64,000 nt of DNA from the NCBI RefSeq assembly GCF_044324785.1, contig NZ_CP172127.1; one strand, given 5' to 3'. The notes beneath the pieces are model-generated. The model saw nothing but the letters and a program-made list of their open reading frames with translations, ran no database searches and had not been told where the DNA came from. Shown in pieces: positions 10,927-22,138 of the stretch. Positions within the stretch are counted from its first letter, which is position 1. Each line of letters begins with the position of its first letter. Source of the DNA: Escherichia coli. Its GTDB lineage: Bacteria > Pseudomonadota > Gammaproteobacteria > Enterobacterales > Enterobacteriaceae. The position numbers were made by a program, and so were the translations under genes.

Positions 10927-12609
10927 ATGGTTACCTGGACCCAAATGTATATGCCGATGGGAGGACTGGGGCTATCCGCTCTGGTCGCCCTGATCCCAAT
11001 AATATTCTTCTTCGTTGCACTCGCGGTATTACGTCTGAAAGGACATGTCGCTGGAGCAATAACCCTTATATTATCTATTCTGATTGCGATATTCGCCTTT
11101 AAAATGCCGATTGATATGGCATTTGCTGCTGCGGGCTATGGCTTTATTTATGGTTTATGGCCTATTGCGTGGATTATTGTCGCGGCGGTATTCCTGTATA
11201 AATTAACCGTTGCCAGCGGCCAGTTCGATATTATCCGCAGCTCGGTTATCTCCATCACCGACGATCAGCGTTTGCAGGTGTTACTGATTGGTTTCTCCTT
11301 TGGTGCGCTGCTGGAAGGGGCGGCTGGCTTTGGCGCACCGGTGGCGATTACCGGTGCGCTGCTGGTGGGCCTGGGCTTCAAACCGCTATACGCGGCGGGG
11401 CTGTGTCTGATTGCCAACACTGCGCCGGTGGCGTTTGGTGCGTTGGGTGTGCCAATTCTGGTCGCCGGTCAGGTAACGGGAATCGATCCGTTCGACATTG
11501 GCGCAATGGCGGGACGTCAGTTACCGTTCCTGTCGGTTCTTGTGCCGTTCTGGCTGGTAGCAATGATGGACGGCTGGAAAGGGGTGAAAGAGACGTGGCC
11601 AGCGGCGCTGGTTGCAGGGGGAAGCTTCGCTGTCACTCAGTTCTTTACCTCTAACTATATTGGTCCGGAACTGCCGGATATTACTTCGGCGCTGGTGAGT
11701 ATCGTCTCACTTTCTTTATTTCTTAAAGTCTGGCGGCCAAAAAATACCGAAACGGCAATCAGTATGGGACAATCCGCAGGTGCGATGGTGGTGAATAAAC
11801 CGTCTTCTGGCGGTCCCGTGCCTTCAGAATATCGTCTGGGGCAAATCATTCGTGCGTGGTCACCGTTTTTAATCTTAACGGTGTTGGTCACCATCTGGAC
11901 CATGAAGCCGTTTAAAGCGTTATTTGCTCCGGGCGGCGCGTTTTATTCACTGGTGATTAATTTCCAGATCCCTCATTTGCATCAACAAGTCTTGAAAGCG
12001 GCCCCCATTGTCGCCCAGCCGACGCCAATGGACGCGGTGTTTAAATTCGACCCCCTCTCCGCTGGCGGCACCGCTATTTTTATTGCGGCGATTATCTCGA
12101 TCTTCATCCTCGGCGTGGGGATCAAGAAAGGGATTGGTGTCTTTGCCGAAACGCTAATTAGTCTGAAGTGGCCGATATTGTCGATTGGCATGGTGCTGGC
12201 GTTCGCCTTCGTGACCAACTATTCCGGTATGTCCACCACGCTGGCGCTGGTACTGGCTGGTACAGGCGTGATGTTCCCATTCTTCTCACCGTTCCTCGGC
12301 TGGCTGGGCGTATTCCTTACCGGCTCGGACACTTCTTCAAACGCCCTGTTTGGTTCACTGCAATCGACCACGGCGCAGCAAATCAACGTCTCTGACACCC
12401 TGCTGGTGGCAGCAAACACCAGCGGCGGCGTAACTGGCAAGATGATCTCCCCGCAATCTATCGCTGTGGCCTGCGCCGCGACGGGCATGGTGGGGCGAGA
12501 ATCTGAACTGTTCCGCTACACCGTGAAGCACAGTCTGATTTTTGCCAGCGTTATCGGCATTATCACGCTGTTGCAGGCGTATGTGTTTACCGGGATGTTA
12601 GTTTCGTAA
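10927..12609 (+). CDS. glcA: Glycolate/lactate permease (LctP family)
   Basis: 560-aa polytopic membrane protein; last gene of the glc operon. Confidence 0.9.
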   Translation: MVTWTQMYMPMGGLGLSALVALIPIIFFFVALAVLRLKGHVAGAITLILSILIAIFAFKMPIDMAFAAAGYGFIYGLWPIAWIIVAAVFLYKLTVASGQFDIIRSSVISITDDQRLQVLLIGFSFGALLEGAAGFGAPVAITGALLVGLGFKPLYAAGLCLIANTAPVAFGALGVPILVAGQVTGIDPFDIGAMAGRQLPFLSVLVPFWLVAMMDGWKGVKETWPAALVAGGSFAVTQFFTSNYIGPELPDITSALVSIVSLSLFLKVWRPKNTETAISMGQSAGAMVVNKPSSGGPVPSEYRLGQIIRAWSPFLILTVLVTIWTMKPFKALFAPGGAFYSLVINFQIPHLHQQVLKAAPIVAQPTPMDAVFKFDPLSAGGTAIFIAAIISIFILGVGIKKGIGVFAETLISLKWPILSIGMVLAFAFVTNYSGMSTTLALVLAGTGVMFPFFSPFLGWLGVFLTGSDTSSNALFGSLQSTTAQQINVSDTLLVAANTSGGVTGKMISPQSIAVACAATGMVGRESELFRYTVKHSLIFASVIGIITLLQAYVFTGMLVS

Positions 12610-12618
12610 GTCAATAAT

Positions 12619-12650
12619 GCCGGATGATCGTTAATCTCATCCGGCTTCGT
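12619..12650 (+). terminator. Putative intrinsic terminator after glcA
   Basis: Hairpin gccggatgatcg-ttaatc-tcatccggc immediately after the glcA stop, followed by a moderately T-rich tract. Confidence 0.4.
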
Positions 12651-13093
12651 TTACATTATTCTGTCTTATTAATGGAAAAATTATTTCCCGCTTTATTATC
12701 CATGCGGCAATAATGTTTTGCGTTCAGATAACATGCTAAATAATTAAGAGCGTGAGAACATCTATTTTTTATCACGCAAAACAAGTCTGTATTAATTATG
12801 TTCGCTTGATGAGCAAACTCCGTTCTATCTGTTGCTTTTGCAATCTTAATCGTTAAAACTACCAACAAATTTATATAGTTACGTTGTGAATGGTTGTTAA
12901 TTTTTTGTTTATTGAAATTTCGTAAAAATAACCATCCAGACATCGAATAGGGGTTATTCTTATAAATTTTACCTGTTTTTCTATCAATGATGCCGTTTTC
13001 TTAAGAATGGAGGAAGTTATTAAAGAAGATAAAGCATAAAACTATTTCCTCGGTTACGAATCTTTTAACTTTGTTTTGTCACTTGCGTTATTA

Positions 13094-16000
13094 ATGAATA
13101 AGAAATTTAAATATAAGAAATCGCTTTTAGCGGCTATTTTAAGCGCAACCCTGTTAGCCGGTTGTGATGGTGGTGGTTCAGGATCGTCCTCCGATACGCC
13201 GTCTGTAGATTCTGGATCAGGGACTTTGCCGGAAGTGAAACCCGATCCAACACCAACCCCGGAGCCGACACCTGAGCCGACGCCGGACCCAGAACCTACG
13301 CCGGATCCAACACCTGATCCTGAGCCGACACCAGAACCGGAGCCAGAACCTGTTCCTACGAAAACGGGTTATCTGACCCTGGGCGGAAGCCAGCGGGTAA
13401 CTGGTGCTACCTGTAATGGTGAATCCAGCGATGGCTTTACCTTTACGCCAGGCAATACCGTGAGTTGTGTGGTGGGCAGTACGACCATTGCAACATTCAA
13501 CACCCAGTCAGAAGCTGCGCGTAGCCTGCGTGCGGTTGACAAAGTGTCGTTTAGCCTGGAGGACGCGCAGGAGCTGGCGAATTCTGAAAATAAGAAAACC
13601 AACGCCATCTCTCTGGTGACGTCCAGCGACAGTTGCCCCGCAGATGCAGAACAGCTTTGTCTTACTTTCTCGTCAGTGGTTGATCGCGCGCGATTTGAAA
13701 AACTGTATAAGCAAATTGATCTGGCAACAGACAATTTCAGCAAGCTGGTCAATGAAGAGGTGGAAAACAATGCTGCGACTGATAAAGCGCCGTCCACCCA
13801 TACCTCAACGGTAGTGCCAGTCACGACAGAGGGAACAAAACCGGATCTGAACGCGTCCTTCGTGTCGGCTAACGCGGAACAGTTTTATCAGTATCAACCC
13901 ACTGAAATCATTCTTTCCGAAGGCCAACTGGTGGATAGCCTGGGGAACGGTGTTGCTGGCGTTGACTACTACACCAATTCAGGCCGTGGCGTAACTGACG
14001 AAAACGGTAAATTCTCCTTTAGCTGGGGCGAAACCATCTCCTTTGGTATCGATACCTTTGAACTGGGCTCAGTACGTGGCAATAAGTCGACCATTGCGCT
14101 GACTGAATTGGGTGATGAAGTTCGCGGGGCAAATATCGATCAGCTCATTCATCGTTATTCGACGACTGGTCAAAATAATACTCGTGTTGTTCCGGACGAT
14201 GTACGCAAGGTCTTTGCCGAATATCCCAACGTGATCAACGAGATAATCAATCTTTCGTTATCCAACGGTGCGACGCTGGATGAAGGCGATCAAAACGTTG
14301 TGCTGCCTAACGAATTTATCGAGCAGTTTAAGACGGGTCAGGCCAAAGAGATCGATACCGCGATTTGTGCGAAAACCAACGGTTGCAACGAAGCTCGCTG
14401 GTTCTCGCTGACAACGCGCAATGTTAATGACGGCCAGATTCAGGGCGTTATCAACAAGCTGTGGGGCGTGGATACGAACTATCAGTCTGTCAGCAAGTTC
14501 CACGTCTTCCATGACTCTACCAACTTCTATGGCAGCACCGGTAATGCGCGCGGTCAGGCAGTGGTGAATATCTCCAACGCGGCATTCCCGATTCTGATGG
14601 CGCGTAATGATAAAAACTACTGGCTGGCCTTCGGCGAAAAACGCGCCTGGGATAAAAACGAGCTGGCGTACATTACGGAAGCGCCTTCTCTCGTTGAGCC
14701 GGAAAACGTTACGCGCGATACCGCCACCTTTAACCTGCCGTTTATTTCGCTGGGGCAAGTCGGTGAGGGCAAACTGATGGTTATCGGTAACCCGCACTAC
14801 AACAGCATTTTGCGTTGTCCGAACGGTTACAGCTGGGAAGGCGGTGTTGATAAAAACGGTCAGTGTACGCGTAACAGTGATTCTAATGATATGAAGCACT
14901 TTATGCAGAACGTGTTGCGCTATCTGTCCGACGATAAATGGACGCCGGACGCGAAAGCCAGCATGACCGTAGGTACCAACCTGGATACTGTCTATTTCAA
15001 ACGTCATGGTCAGGTTACAGGAAACAGCGCTGAGTTCGGCTTTCATCCGGATTTTGCGGGTATCTCTGTTGAGCATTTAAGTAGCTATGGCGATCTCGAC
15101 CCGCAGGAAATGCCGCTGCTGATCCTCAACGGCTTTGAGTATGTGACTCAGGTTGGTAACGATCCTTATGCAATCCCGCTGCGAGCAGATACCAGCAAAC
15201 CGAAGCTGACTCAGCAGGATGTGACCGATCTGATCGCCTATCTGAACAAAGGTGGATCGGTGCTGATCATGGAAAACGTGATGAGCAATCTTAAGGAAGA
15301 GAGCGCGTCTGGCTTTGTACGTCTGCTTGATGCCGCAGGTCTGTCGATGGCACTGAACAAGTCGGTAGTAAATAACGATCCGCAAGGGTATCCGAACCGC
15401 GTTCGTCAGCAGCGCGCAACGGGCATTTGGGTCTATGAACGTTATCCTGCCGTAGATGGTGCGCTGCCGTACACCATCGATAGTAAGACAGGGGAAGTTA
15501 AGTGGAAATATCAGGTAGAAAACAAACCTGATGACAAACCGAAGCTGGAAGTTGCCAGCTGGCTGGAAGATGTAGATGGCAAACAGGAAACGCGTTATGC
15601 CTTTATTGATGAGGCCGATCATAAAACAGAGGATTCTCTGAAGGCTGCGAAGGCAAAAATCTTTGAGAAGTTTCCTGGATTAAAGGAGTGTAAGGACCCA
15701 ACTTACCACTACGAGGTCAACTGTCTGGAATATCGTCCTGGCACGGGGGTTCCGGTTACTGGTGGCATGTATGTTCCACAGTATACGCAACTAAGCCTTA
15801 ACGCCGACACGGCAAAAGCGATGGTGCAGGCTGCGGATTTAGGCACCAACATTCAGCGTCTGTATCAGCATGAGCTCTACTTCCGGACCAATGGTCGCAA
15901 AGGTGAGCGTCTGAGCAGCGTCGATCTGGAACGTCTGTACCAGAACATGTCGGTCTGGCTGTGGAATAAAATTGAATATCGTTATGAAAACGACAAGGAT

Positions 16001-17656
16001 GACGAGCTGGGCTTTAAAACGTTCACCGAGTTCCTGAACTGCTACGCCAACGATGCCTATACTGGCGGCACGCAGTGTTCTGATGAGCTGAAAAAATCGC
16101 TGGTCGATAACAACATGATCTACGGCGAGAAGAGCGTTAATAAAGCGGGCATGATGAACCCGAGCTATCCGCTCAACTATATGGAAAAACCGCTGACGCG
16201 CCTGATGCTGGGTCGTTCCTGGTGGGATCTGAACATCAAAGTTGATGTCGAGAAGTATCCGGGAGCGGTATCGGCAGAAGGTGAGAAGGTTACTGAAACC
16301 ATCAGCCTGTACTCGAATCCGACCAAATGGTTTGCGGGTAACATGCAGTCTACTGGCCTGTGGGCTCCGGCTCAGAAAGAGGTCACCATTGAGTCTACTG
16401 CATCAGTTCCTGTGACTGTCACCGTGGCGCTGGCCGACGACCTTACCGGACGTGAGAAGCATGAAGTCGCTCTGAACCGTCCGCCAAAAGTGACGAAAAC
16501 CTATGAGCTGAAAGCCAATGGTGAGATGAAGTTTACGGTTCCTTACGGTGGTCTGATTTATATCAAGGGCAACAGCCCACAGAATGAGTCAGCCGAATTC
16601 ACCTTTACTGGTGTGGTGAAAGCGCCGTTCTATAAAGATGGCGCATGGAAAAACGCTCTGAACTCCCCTGCGCCGTTGGGCGAGCTGGAGTCAGACGCTT
16701 TCGTCTACACCACGCCGAAGAAGAACCTTGAGGCCAGCAATTTCACTGGTGGCGTAGCAGAATTCGCTAAAGATCTGGATACCTTTGCCAGCTCGATGAA
16801 TGACTTCTACGGTCGTAATGATGAAGACGGTAAGCACCGGATGTTTACCTATAAAAACTTGACGGGGCACAAGCATCGTTTCACCAACGATGTGCAGATC
16901 TCCATCGGTGATGCGCACTCTGGTTATCCGGTAATGAACAGCAGCTTCTCGACGAACAGCACCACGCTGCCGACGACGCCGCTGAACGACTGGCTGATCT
17001 GGCACGAAGTTGGTCACAACGCTGCAGAAACGCCGCTGACTGTTCCTGGCGCAACTGAAGTAGCGAACAACGTGCTGGCGCTGTACATGCAGGATCGCTA
17101 TCTCGGCAAGATGAACCGTGTCGCTGACGACATTACCGTCGCGCCGGAATATCTGGAGGAGAGCAACGGTCAGGCATGGGCGCGCGGCGGTGCGGGTGAC
17201 CGTCTGCTGATGTACGCACAGCTGAAAGAGTGGGCAGAGAAAAACTTTGATATCAAGACGTGGTATCCAGATGGCAATCTGCCAGCGTTCTACAGCGAGC
17301 GTGAAGGGATGAAAGGCTGGAACCTGTTCCAGTTGATGCATCGTAAAGCACGCGGCGATGAGGTTGGCAAAACCAAGTTTGGCGAAAGAAATTACTGTGC
17401 CGAATCCAACGGTAACGCTGCCGACAAGCTGATGCTGTGTGCATCCTGGGTCGCCCAGACGGATCTTTCGGAGTTCTTTAAGAAATGGAATCCGGGCGCG
17501 AATGCTTACCAGTTGCCGGGAGCGAGCGAGATGAACTTCGAGGGCGGTGTGAGCCAGTCGGCTTACGAGACACTGGCGGCGCTTAATCTGCCGAAACCGC
17601 AGCAAGGGCCGGAAACCATTAATCAGGTTACCGAGCATAAGATGTCAGCTGAGTAA
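13094..17656 (+). CDS. sslE: SslE/YghJ secreted lipoprotein zinc metalloprotease (M60-like mucinase), type II secretion substrate
   Basis: Start at ATG 13094 (MNKKFKYKKSLLAAILSATLLAGC) with lipobox LLAGC, a Pro/Thr/Glu-rich linker, and the HEVGH zinc-binding motif near 17003-17017 (WLIWHEVGHNAAE). Sits directly upstream of the gsp genes. Confidence 0.9.
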   Translation: MNKKFKYKKSLLAAILSATLLAGCDGGGSGSSSDTPSVDSGSGTLPEVKPDPTPTPEPTPEPTPDPEPTPDPTPDPEPTPEPEPEPVPTKTGYLTLGGSQRVTGATCNGESSDGFTFTPGNTVSCVVGSTTIATFNTQSEAARSLRAVDKVSFSLEDAQELANSENKKTNAISLVTSSDSCPADAEQLCLTFSSVVDRARFEKLYKQIDLATDNFSKLVNEEVENNAATDKAPSTHTSTVVPVTTEGTKPDLNASFVSANAEQFYQYQPTEIILSEGQLVDSLGNGVAGVDYYTNSGRGVTDENGKFSFSWGETISFGIDTFELGSVRGNKSTIALTELGDEVRGANIDQLIHRYSTTGQNNTRVVPDDVRKVFAEYPNVINEIINLSLSNGATLDEGDQNVVLPNEFIEQFKTGQAKEIDTAICAKTNGCNEARWFSLTTRNVNDGQIQGVINKLWGVDTNYQSVSKFHVFHDSTNFYGSTGNARGQAVVNISNAAFPILMARNDKNYWLAFGEKRAWDKNELAYITEAPSLVEPENVTRDTATFNLPFISLGQVGEGKLMVIGNPHYNSILRCPNGYSWEGGVDKNGQCTRNSDSNDMKHFMQNVLRYLSDDKWTPDAKASMTVGTNLDTVYFKRHGQVTGNSAEFGFHPDFAGISVEHLSSYGDLDPQEMPLLILNGFEYVTQVGNDPYAIPLRADTSKPKLTQQDVTDLIAYLNKGGSVLIMENVMSNLKEESASGFVRLLDAAGLSMALNKSVVNNDPQGYPNRVRQQRATGIWVYERYPAVDGALPYTIDSKTGEVKWKYQVENKPDDKPKLEVASWLEDVDGKQETRYAFIDEADHKTEDSLKAAKAKIFEKFPGLKECKDPTYHYEVNCLEYRPGTGVPVTGGMYVPQYTQLSLNADTAKAMVQAADLGTNIQRLYQHELYFRTNGRKGERLSSVDLERLYQNMSVWLWNKIEYRYENDKDDELGFKTFTEFLNCYANDAYTGGTQCSDELKKSLVDNNMIYGEKSVNKAGMMNPSYPLNYMEKPLTRLMLGRSWWDLNIKVDVEKYPGAVSAEGEKVTETISLYSNPTKWFAGNMQSTGLWAPAQKEVTIESTASVPVTVTVALADDLTGREKHEVALNRPPKVTKTYELKANGEMKFTVPYGGLIYIKGNSPQNESAEFTFTGVVKAPFYKDGAWKNALNSPAPLGELESDAFVYTTPKKNLEASNFTGGVAEFAKDLDTFASSMNDFYGRNDEDGKHRMFTYKNLTGHKHRFTNDVQISIGDAHSGYPVMNSSFSTNSTTLPTTPLNDWLIWHEVGHNAAETPLTVPGATEVANNVLALYMQDRYLGKMNRVADDITVAPEYLEESNGQAWARGGAGDRLLMYAQLKEWAEKNFDIKTWYPDGNLPAFYSEREGMKGWNLFQLMHRKARGDEVGKTKFGERNYCAESNGNAADKLMLCASWVAQTDLSEFFKKWNPGANAYQLPGASEMNFEGGVSQSAYETLAALNLPKPQQGPETINQVTEHKMSAE

Positions 17657-17663
17657 GCCTGTA

Positions 17664-17765
17664 TGCCGGATAAGGCGCTCGCGCCGCATCCGGCATGAAA
17701 TAAGGCCCATCGGGCCTGGAGGAAAGCCGTATGGCATACACCTGCAGGCCCGCATCCGGCAAGTT
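17664..17765. repeat. REP/BIME-type repetitive extragenic palindromes
   Basis: tgccggataaggcgctcgcgccgcatccggca (17664-17694) is a typical REP palindrome and a second gcccgcatccggca copy follows near 17755, in the sslE-pppA spacer. Confidence 0.6.
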
Positions 17766-17785
17766 ACAACAAATAACCTTTAACC

Positions 17786-18595
17786 ATGTTTTTTGATGTT
17801 TTTCAGCAATACCCCGCGGCGATACCCGTCCTGGCTACCGTCGGAGGATTGATTATCGGCAGTTTTTTGAATGTGGTGATTTGGCGTTACCCCATCATGC
17901 TGCGCCAACAAATGGCGGAGTTTCACGGTGAAATGCCGAGTGCGCAGTCAAAAATAAGCCTTGCGCTACCGCGTTCGCACTGCCCACATTGTCAGCAGAC
18001 CATCCGGATACGTGACAATATTCCGCTGCTCTCCTGGCTGATGCTCAAAGGGCGCTGCCGTGATTGTCAGGCGAAAATCAGCAAGCGTTATCCGCTGGTG
18101 GAGTTATTGACAGCACTCGCTTTTTTGCTGGCGAGTCTGGTGTGGTCAGAAAGTGGATGGGGACTGGCGGTGATGATATTATCCGCCTGGCTGATTGCCG
18201 CGAGCATCATCGACCTCGATAACCAATGGCTGCCCGATGTTTTTACTCAGGGCGTATTGTGGACCGGGCTGATTGCGGCATGGGCGCAACAGAGTCCGTT
18301 AACGCTACAAGACGCAGTTACCGGCGTCCTGGTGGGGTTTATCACTTTTTACTCCCTGCGCTGGATAGCCGGAATAGTTCTGCGTAAAGAAGCATTAGGC
18401 ATGGGCGATGTATTATTGTTCGCCGCTTTAGGTAGTTGGGTGGGGCCGTTATCACTGCCCAATGTTGCTTTAATCGCCTCATGCTGCGGCCTGATATATG
18501 CCGTTATTACAAAAAGAGGATCAACCACACTGCCTTTTGGACCGTGTTTAAGTCTGGGCGGTATAGCAACACTTTATCTACAGGCATTGTTTTAA
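17786..18595 (+). CDS. pppA: Prepilin peptidase (GspO-type) of the T2SS
   Basis: 269-aa membrane protein with an N-terminal CPHC...CRDC zinc-binding cysteine tetrad and polytopic profile. Confidence 0.85.
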   Translation: MFFDVFQQYPAAIPVLATVGGLIIGSFLNVVIWRYPIMLRQQMAEFHGEMPSAQSKISLALPRSHCPHCQQTIRIRDNIPLLSWLMLKGRCRDCQAKISKRYPLVELLTALAFLLASLVWSESGWGLAVMILSAWLIAASIIDLDNQWLPDVFTQGVLWTGLIAAWAQQSPLTLQDAVTGVLVGFITFYSLRWIAGIVLRKEALGMGDVLLFAALGSWVGPLSLPNVALIASCCGLIYAVITKRGSTTLPFGPCLSLGGIATLYLQALF

Positions 18596-18660
18596 TGATA
18601 ACCACGTCATTATCAAAGTGACATTTTAACTCTTATTAATAACCTTAGAGATTATTTACC

Positions 18661-19071
18661 ATGTCGATAAAACAAATGCCAGGGAGGGTATTAATATCGC
18701 TATTGTTGAGCGTTACAGGATTATTAAGTGGCTGTGCCAGCCATAATGAAAATGCCAGTTTACTGGCGAAAAAACAGGCGCAAAATATCAGCCAAAACCT
18801 GCCGATTAAATCTGCGGGATATACCTTAGTGCTGGCGCAAAGTAGCGGCACGACGGTAAAAATGACCATTATCAGCGAAGCGGGTACTCAGACCACGCAG
18901 ACACCTGACGCCTTTTTAACCAGCTATCAACGACAAATGTGCGCTGACCCGACGGTGAAATTAATGATCACTGAGGGAATTAATTACAGCATAACGATTA
19001 ATGATACACGTACAGGTAACCAGTATCAGCGGAAACTGGATCGTACCACCTGTGGAATAGTCAAAGCATAA
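18661..19071 (+). CDS. yghG: Small outer-membrane lipoprotein, putative secretin pilotin (YghG/AspS-like)
   Basis: 136-aa ORF with signal peptide and lipobox LLSGC; located between pppA and gspC. Confidence 0.7.
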   Translation: MSIKQMPGRVLISLLLSVTGLLSGCASHNENASLLAKKQAQNISQNLPIKSAGYTLVLAQSSGTTVKMTIISEAGTQTTQTPDAFLTSYQRQMCADPTVKLMITEGINYSITINDTRTGNQYQRKLDRTTCGIVKA

Positions 19072-19088
19072 CGTCGGGTAGATATAAA

Positions 19089-20048
19089 TTGGCGCGGGTT
19101 GTTTTTCGTGACGCACGAATTTATCTCATTCAATGGCTGACAAAAATTCGTCACACTCTTAACCAGAGACAATCTCTTAATACAGACAAAGAGCATCTGC
19201 GCAAAATTGCACGCGGGATGTTCTGGCTGATGCTGCTTATTATTTCTGCAAAAGTGGCGCATTCACTCTGGCGCTATTTCTCCTTTTCTGCGGAATATAC
19301 GGCGGTTTCCCCATCGGCGAATAAACCGCTCCGTGCGGATGCAAAACCGTTCGATAAAAATGACGTGCAATTAGTCAGCCAACAAAACTGGTTTGGCAAA
19401 TATCAACCCGTCGCCGCACCGGTAAAACAACCTGAATCTGCGCCTGTGGCAGAAACGCGTCTTAATGTGGTGCTGCGCGGGATCGCCTTTGGTGCCAGAC
19501 CCGGCGCGGTTATTGAAGAAGGCGGCAAACAGCAGGTCTATTTGCAGGGTGAACGGCTTGGCTCTCACAACGCGGTGATTGAGGAAATTAATCGTGACCA
19601 TGTGATGCTGCGCTATCAGGGGAAAATGGAACGTCTGAGTCTGGCAGAAGAGAAGCGTCCCACCATAGCCGTGACCAGCAAAAAAGCCGTCAGCGACGAA
19701 GCAAAGCAAGCTGTTGCTGAGCCTGCTGCCAGTGCGCCAGTTGAGATCCCGGCTGCCGTGCGTCAGGCACTGGCGAAAGATCCGCAGAAAATTTTTAACT
19801 ATATCCAGCTTACGCCTGTGCGTAAGGAAGGGATTGTCGGTTATGCAGTGAAACCGGGGGCAGATCGTTCTCTGTTCGATGCCAGCGGTTTTAAGGAAGG
19901 CGATATCGCCATTGCGCTAAATCAGCAGGATTTCACTGATCCACGAGCAATGATTGCTCTGATGCGGCAGTTACCTTCAATGGATTCCATTCAACTTACG
20001 GTTTTACGCAAGGGTGCGCGCTACGACATTTCCATCGCGCTGCGCTAA
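19089..20048 (+). CDS. gspC: T2SS inner-membrane component GspC
   Basis: 319-aa ORF with one predicted TM segment (FWLMLLIISAKV) and a C-terminal PDZ-like region. Start uncertain: the track start is TTG and the first in-frame ATG is at 19218. Confidence 0.7.
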   Translation: MARVVFRDARIYLIQWLTKIRHTLNQRQSLNTDKEHLRKIARGMFWLMLLIISAKVAHSLWRYFSFSAEYTAVSPSANKPLRADAKPFDKNDVQLVSQQNWFGKYQPVAAPVKQPESAPVAETRLNVVLRGIAFGARPGAVIEEGGKQQVYLQGERLGSHNAVIEEINRDHVMLRYQGKMERLSLAEEKRPTIAVTSKKAVSDEAKQAVAEPAASAPVEIPAAVRQALAKDPQKIFNYIQLTPVRKEGIVGYAVKPGADRSLFDASGFKEGDIAIALNQQDFTDPRAMIALMRQLPSMDSIQLTVLRKGARYDISIALR

Positions 20049-20077
20049 CCGCATTTAATCCAGGAGAATCATTCATC

Positions 20078-22138
20078 GTGTTTTGGCGTGATATGACGTT
20101 GTCGGTCTGGCGTAAGAAGACAACTGGCCTCAAAACAAAAAAGCGTTTACTGCCGCTGGTGCTGGCAGCGGCATTATGCAGTTCACCGGTCTGGGCGGAA
20201 GAAGCCACTTTCACCGCTAATTTTAAAGATACCGACCTGAAATCGTTCATCGAAACCGTCGGCGCTAACCTTAATAAAACCATCATTATGGGGCCGGGCG
20301 TTCAGGGGAAAGTGAGTATTCGCACCATGACCCCGCTCAATGAACGCCAGTATTACCAGCTATTCCTTAACCTGCTGGAAGCACAGGGGTATGCCGTCGT
20401 ACCGATGGAAAACGACGTGCTGAAGGTGGTGAAATCCAGTGCCGCGAAAGTCGAGCCGCTGCCGCTGGTCGGTGAAGGCAGCGACAACTACGCGGGCGAT
20501 GAAATGGTCACCAAAGTCGTGCCGGTACGTAATGTGTCGGTACGCGAGCTGGCACCGATTCTGCGCCAGATGATCGACAGCGCAGGCTCAGGCAACGTTG
20601 TTAATTACGATCCCTCCAACGTGATTATGCTTACCGGACGCGCCTCAGTTGTGGAGCGCCTGACGGAAGTGATCCAGCGCGTGGATCATGCGGGTAATCG
20701 CACCGAAGAGGTGATCCCGCTGGATAACGCCTCGGCTTCGGAAATCGCCCGCGTGCTGGAAAGCCTGACGAAAAACAGCGGCGAGAACCAGCCTGCGACG
20801 CTGAAATCTCAAATTGTCGCCGACGAACGCACCAACAGTGTGATTGTCAGTGGTGACCCGGCCACGCGGGACAAAATGCGCCGCCTGATCCGTCGGCTGG
20901 ACTCAGAAATGGAGCGCAGCGGCAACAGCCAGGTTTTCTATCTCAAATACAGCAAAGCCGAAGATCTGGTCGATGTACTGAAGCAGGTCAGCGGCACGCT
21001 CACGGCGGCTAAAGAAGAGGCGGAAGGCACCGTCGGTAGCGGGCGTGAGGTTGTCTCCATCGCCGCCAGCAAACACAGTAATGCCCTGATTGTTACCGCG
21101 CCGCAGGACATCATGCAGTCGCTGCAAAGCGTGATTGAACAACTGGATATTCGCCGTGCTCAGGTGCACGTCGAGGCGTTGATCGTGGAAGTTGCCGAAG
21201 GTAGCAATATCAATTTCGGCGTGCAGTGGGCGTCGAAAGATGCCGGATTAATGCAGTTTGCTAACGGTACGCAGATCCCTATTGGCACGCTGGGTGCAGC
21301 CATTTCTCAGGCGAAACCGCAGAAAGGCTCCACGGTGATCAGTGAAAACGGCGCTACCACCATTAACCCGGATACTAACGGCGATCTCTCCACGCTCGCT
21401 CAGCTTCTTTCTGGCTTTAGCGGTACGGCGGTTGGCGTGGTGAAAGGCGACTGGATGGCGCTGGTACAGGCGGTCAAAAACGACTCCAGCTCGAACGTGC
21501 TCTCCACGCCGAGTATCACCACGCTGGACAACCAGGAAGCCTTCTTCATGGTGGGCCAGGACGTTCCGGTATTAACCGGCTCTACTGTTGGCTCTAATAA
21601 CAGCAATCCTTTCAATACGGTAGAGAGGAAAAAAGTCGGCATCATGCTGAAAGTCACGCCGCAGATTAACGAAGGAAACGCGGTACAGATGGTGATTGAG
21701 CAGGAAGTGTCGAAGGTGGAAGGACAGACCAGCCTCGATGTCGTGTTTGGCGAGCGCAAACTGAAAACCACCGTGCTGGCTAACGATGGTGAGCTGATCG
21801 TGCTTGGCGGTCTGATGGACGATCAGGCGGGAGAAAGCGTGGCGAAAGTGCCGCTGCTTGGCGATATCCCATTGATTGGTAACCTGTTTAAATCGACGGC
21901 GGATAAAAAAGAAAAACGTAACCTGATGGTATTTATCCGCCCGACCATTCTGCGTGACGGTATGGCGGCAGACGGCGTGTCGCAGCGCAAATATAACTAT
22001 ATGCGCGCCGAACAGATCTATCGCGATGAGCAAGGCTTGAGCCTGATGCCGCACACCGCGCAGCCGGTACTGCCAGCGCAAAATCAGGCTCTACCGCCAG
22101 AAGTTCGCGCGTTCCTTAATGCCGGGAGAACGCGTTAA
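20078..22138 (+). CDS. gspD: T2SS secretin GspD
   Basis: 686-aa ORF with signal peptide and secretin C-domain; GTG start with AGGAG Shine-Dalgarno at 20063-20067. Confidence 0.9.
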   Translation: MFWRDMTLSVWRKKTTGLKTKKRLLPLVLAAALCSSPVWAEEATFTANFKDTDLKSFIETVGANLNKTIIMGPGVQGKVSIRTMTPLNERQYYQLFLNLLEAQGYAVVPMENDVLKVVKSSAAKVEPLPLVGEGSDNYAGDEMVTKVVPVRNVSVRELAPILRQMIDSAGSGNVVNYDPSNVIMLTGRASVVERLTEVIQRVDHAGNRTEEVIPLDNASASEIARVLESLTKNSGENQPATLKSQIVADERTNSVIVSGDPATRDKMRRLIRRLDSEMERSGNSQVFYLKYSKAEDLVDVLKQVSGTLTAAKEEAEGTVGSGREVVSIAASKHSNALIVTAPQDIMQSLQSVIEQLDIRRAQVHVEALIVEVAEGSNINFGVQWASKDAGLMQFANGTQIPIGTLGAAISQAKPQKGSTVISENGATTINPDTNGDLSTLAQLLSGFSGTAVGVVKGDWMALVQAVKNDSSSNVLSTPSITTLDNQEAFFMVGQDVPVLTGSTVGSNNSNPFNTVERKKVGIMLKVTPQINEGNAVQMVIEQEVSKVEGQTSLDVVFGERKLKTTVLANDGELIVLGGLMDDQAGESVAKVPLLGDIPLIGNLFKSTADKKEKRNLMVFIRPTILRDGMAADGVSQRKYNYMRAEQIYRDEQGLSLMPHTAQPVLPAQNQALPPEVRAFLNAGRTR

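Noticed and set aside
14258-15622. Minus-strand ORFs of 272 and 181 aa inside sslE
   Set aside because: Antisense to a well-supported 1520-aa coding sequence and lacking recognisable motifs; typical shadow ORFs.
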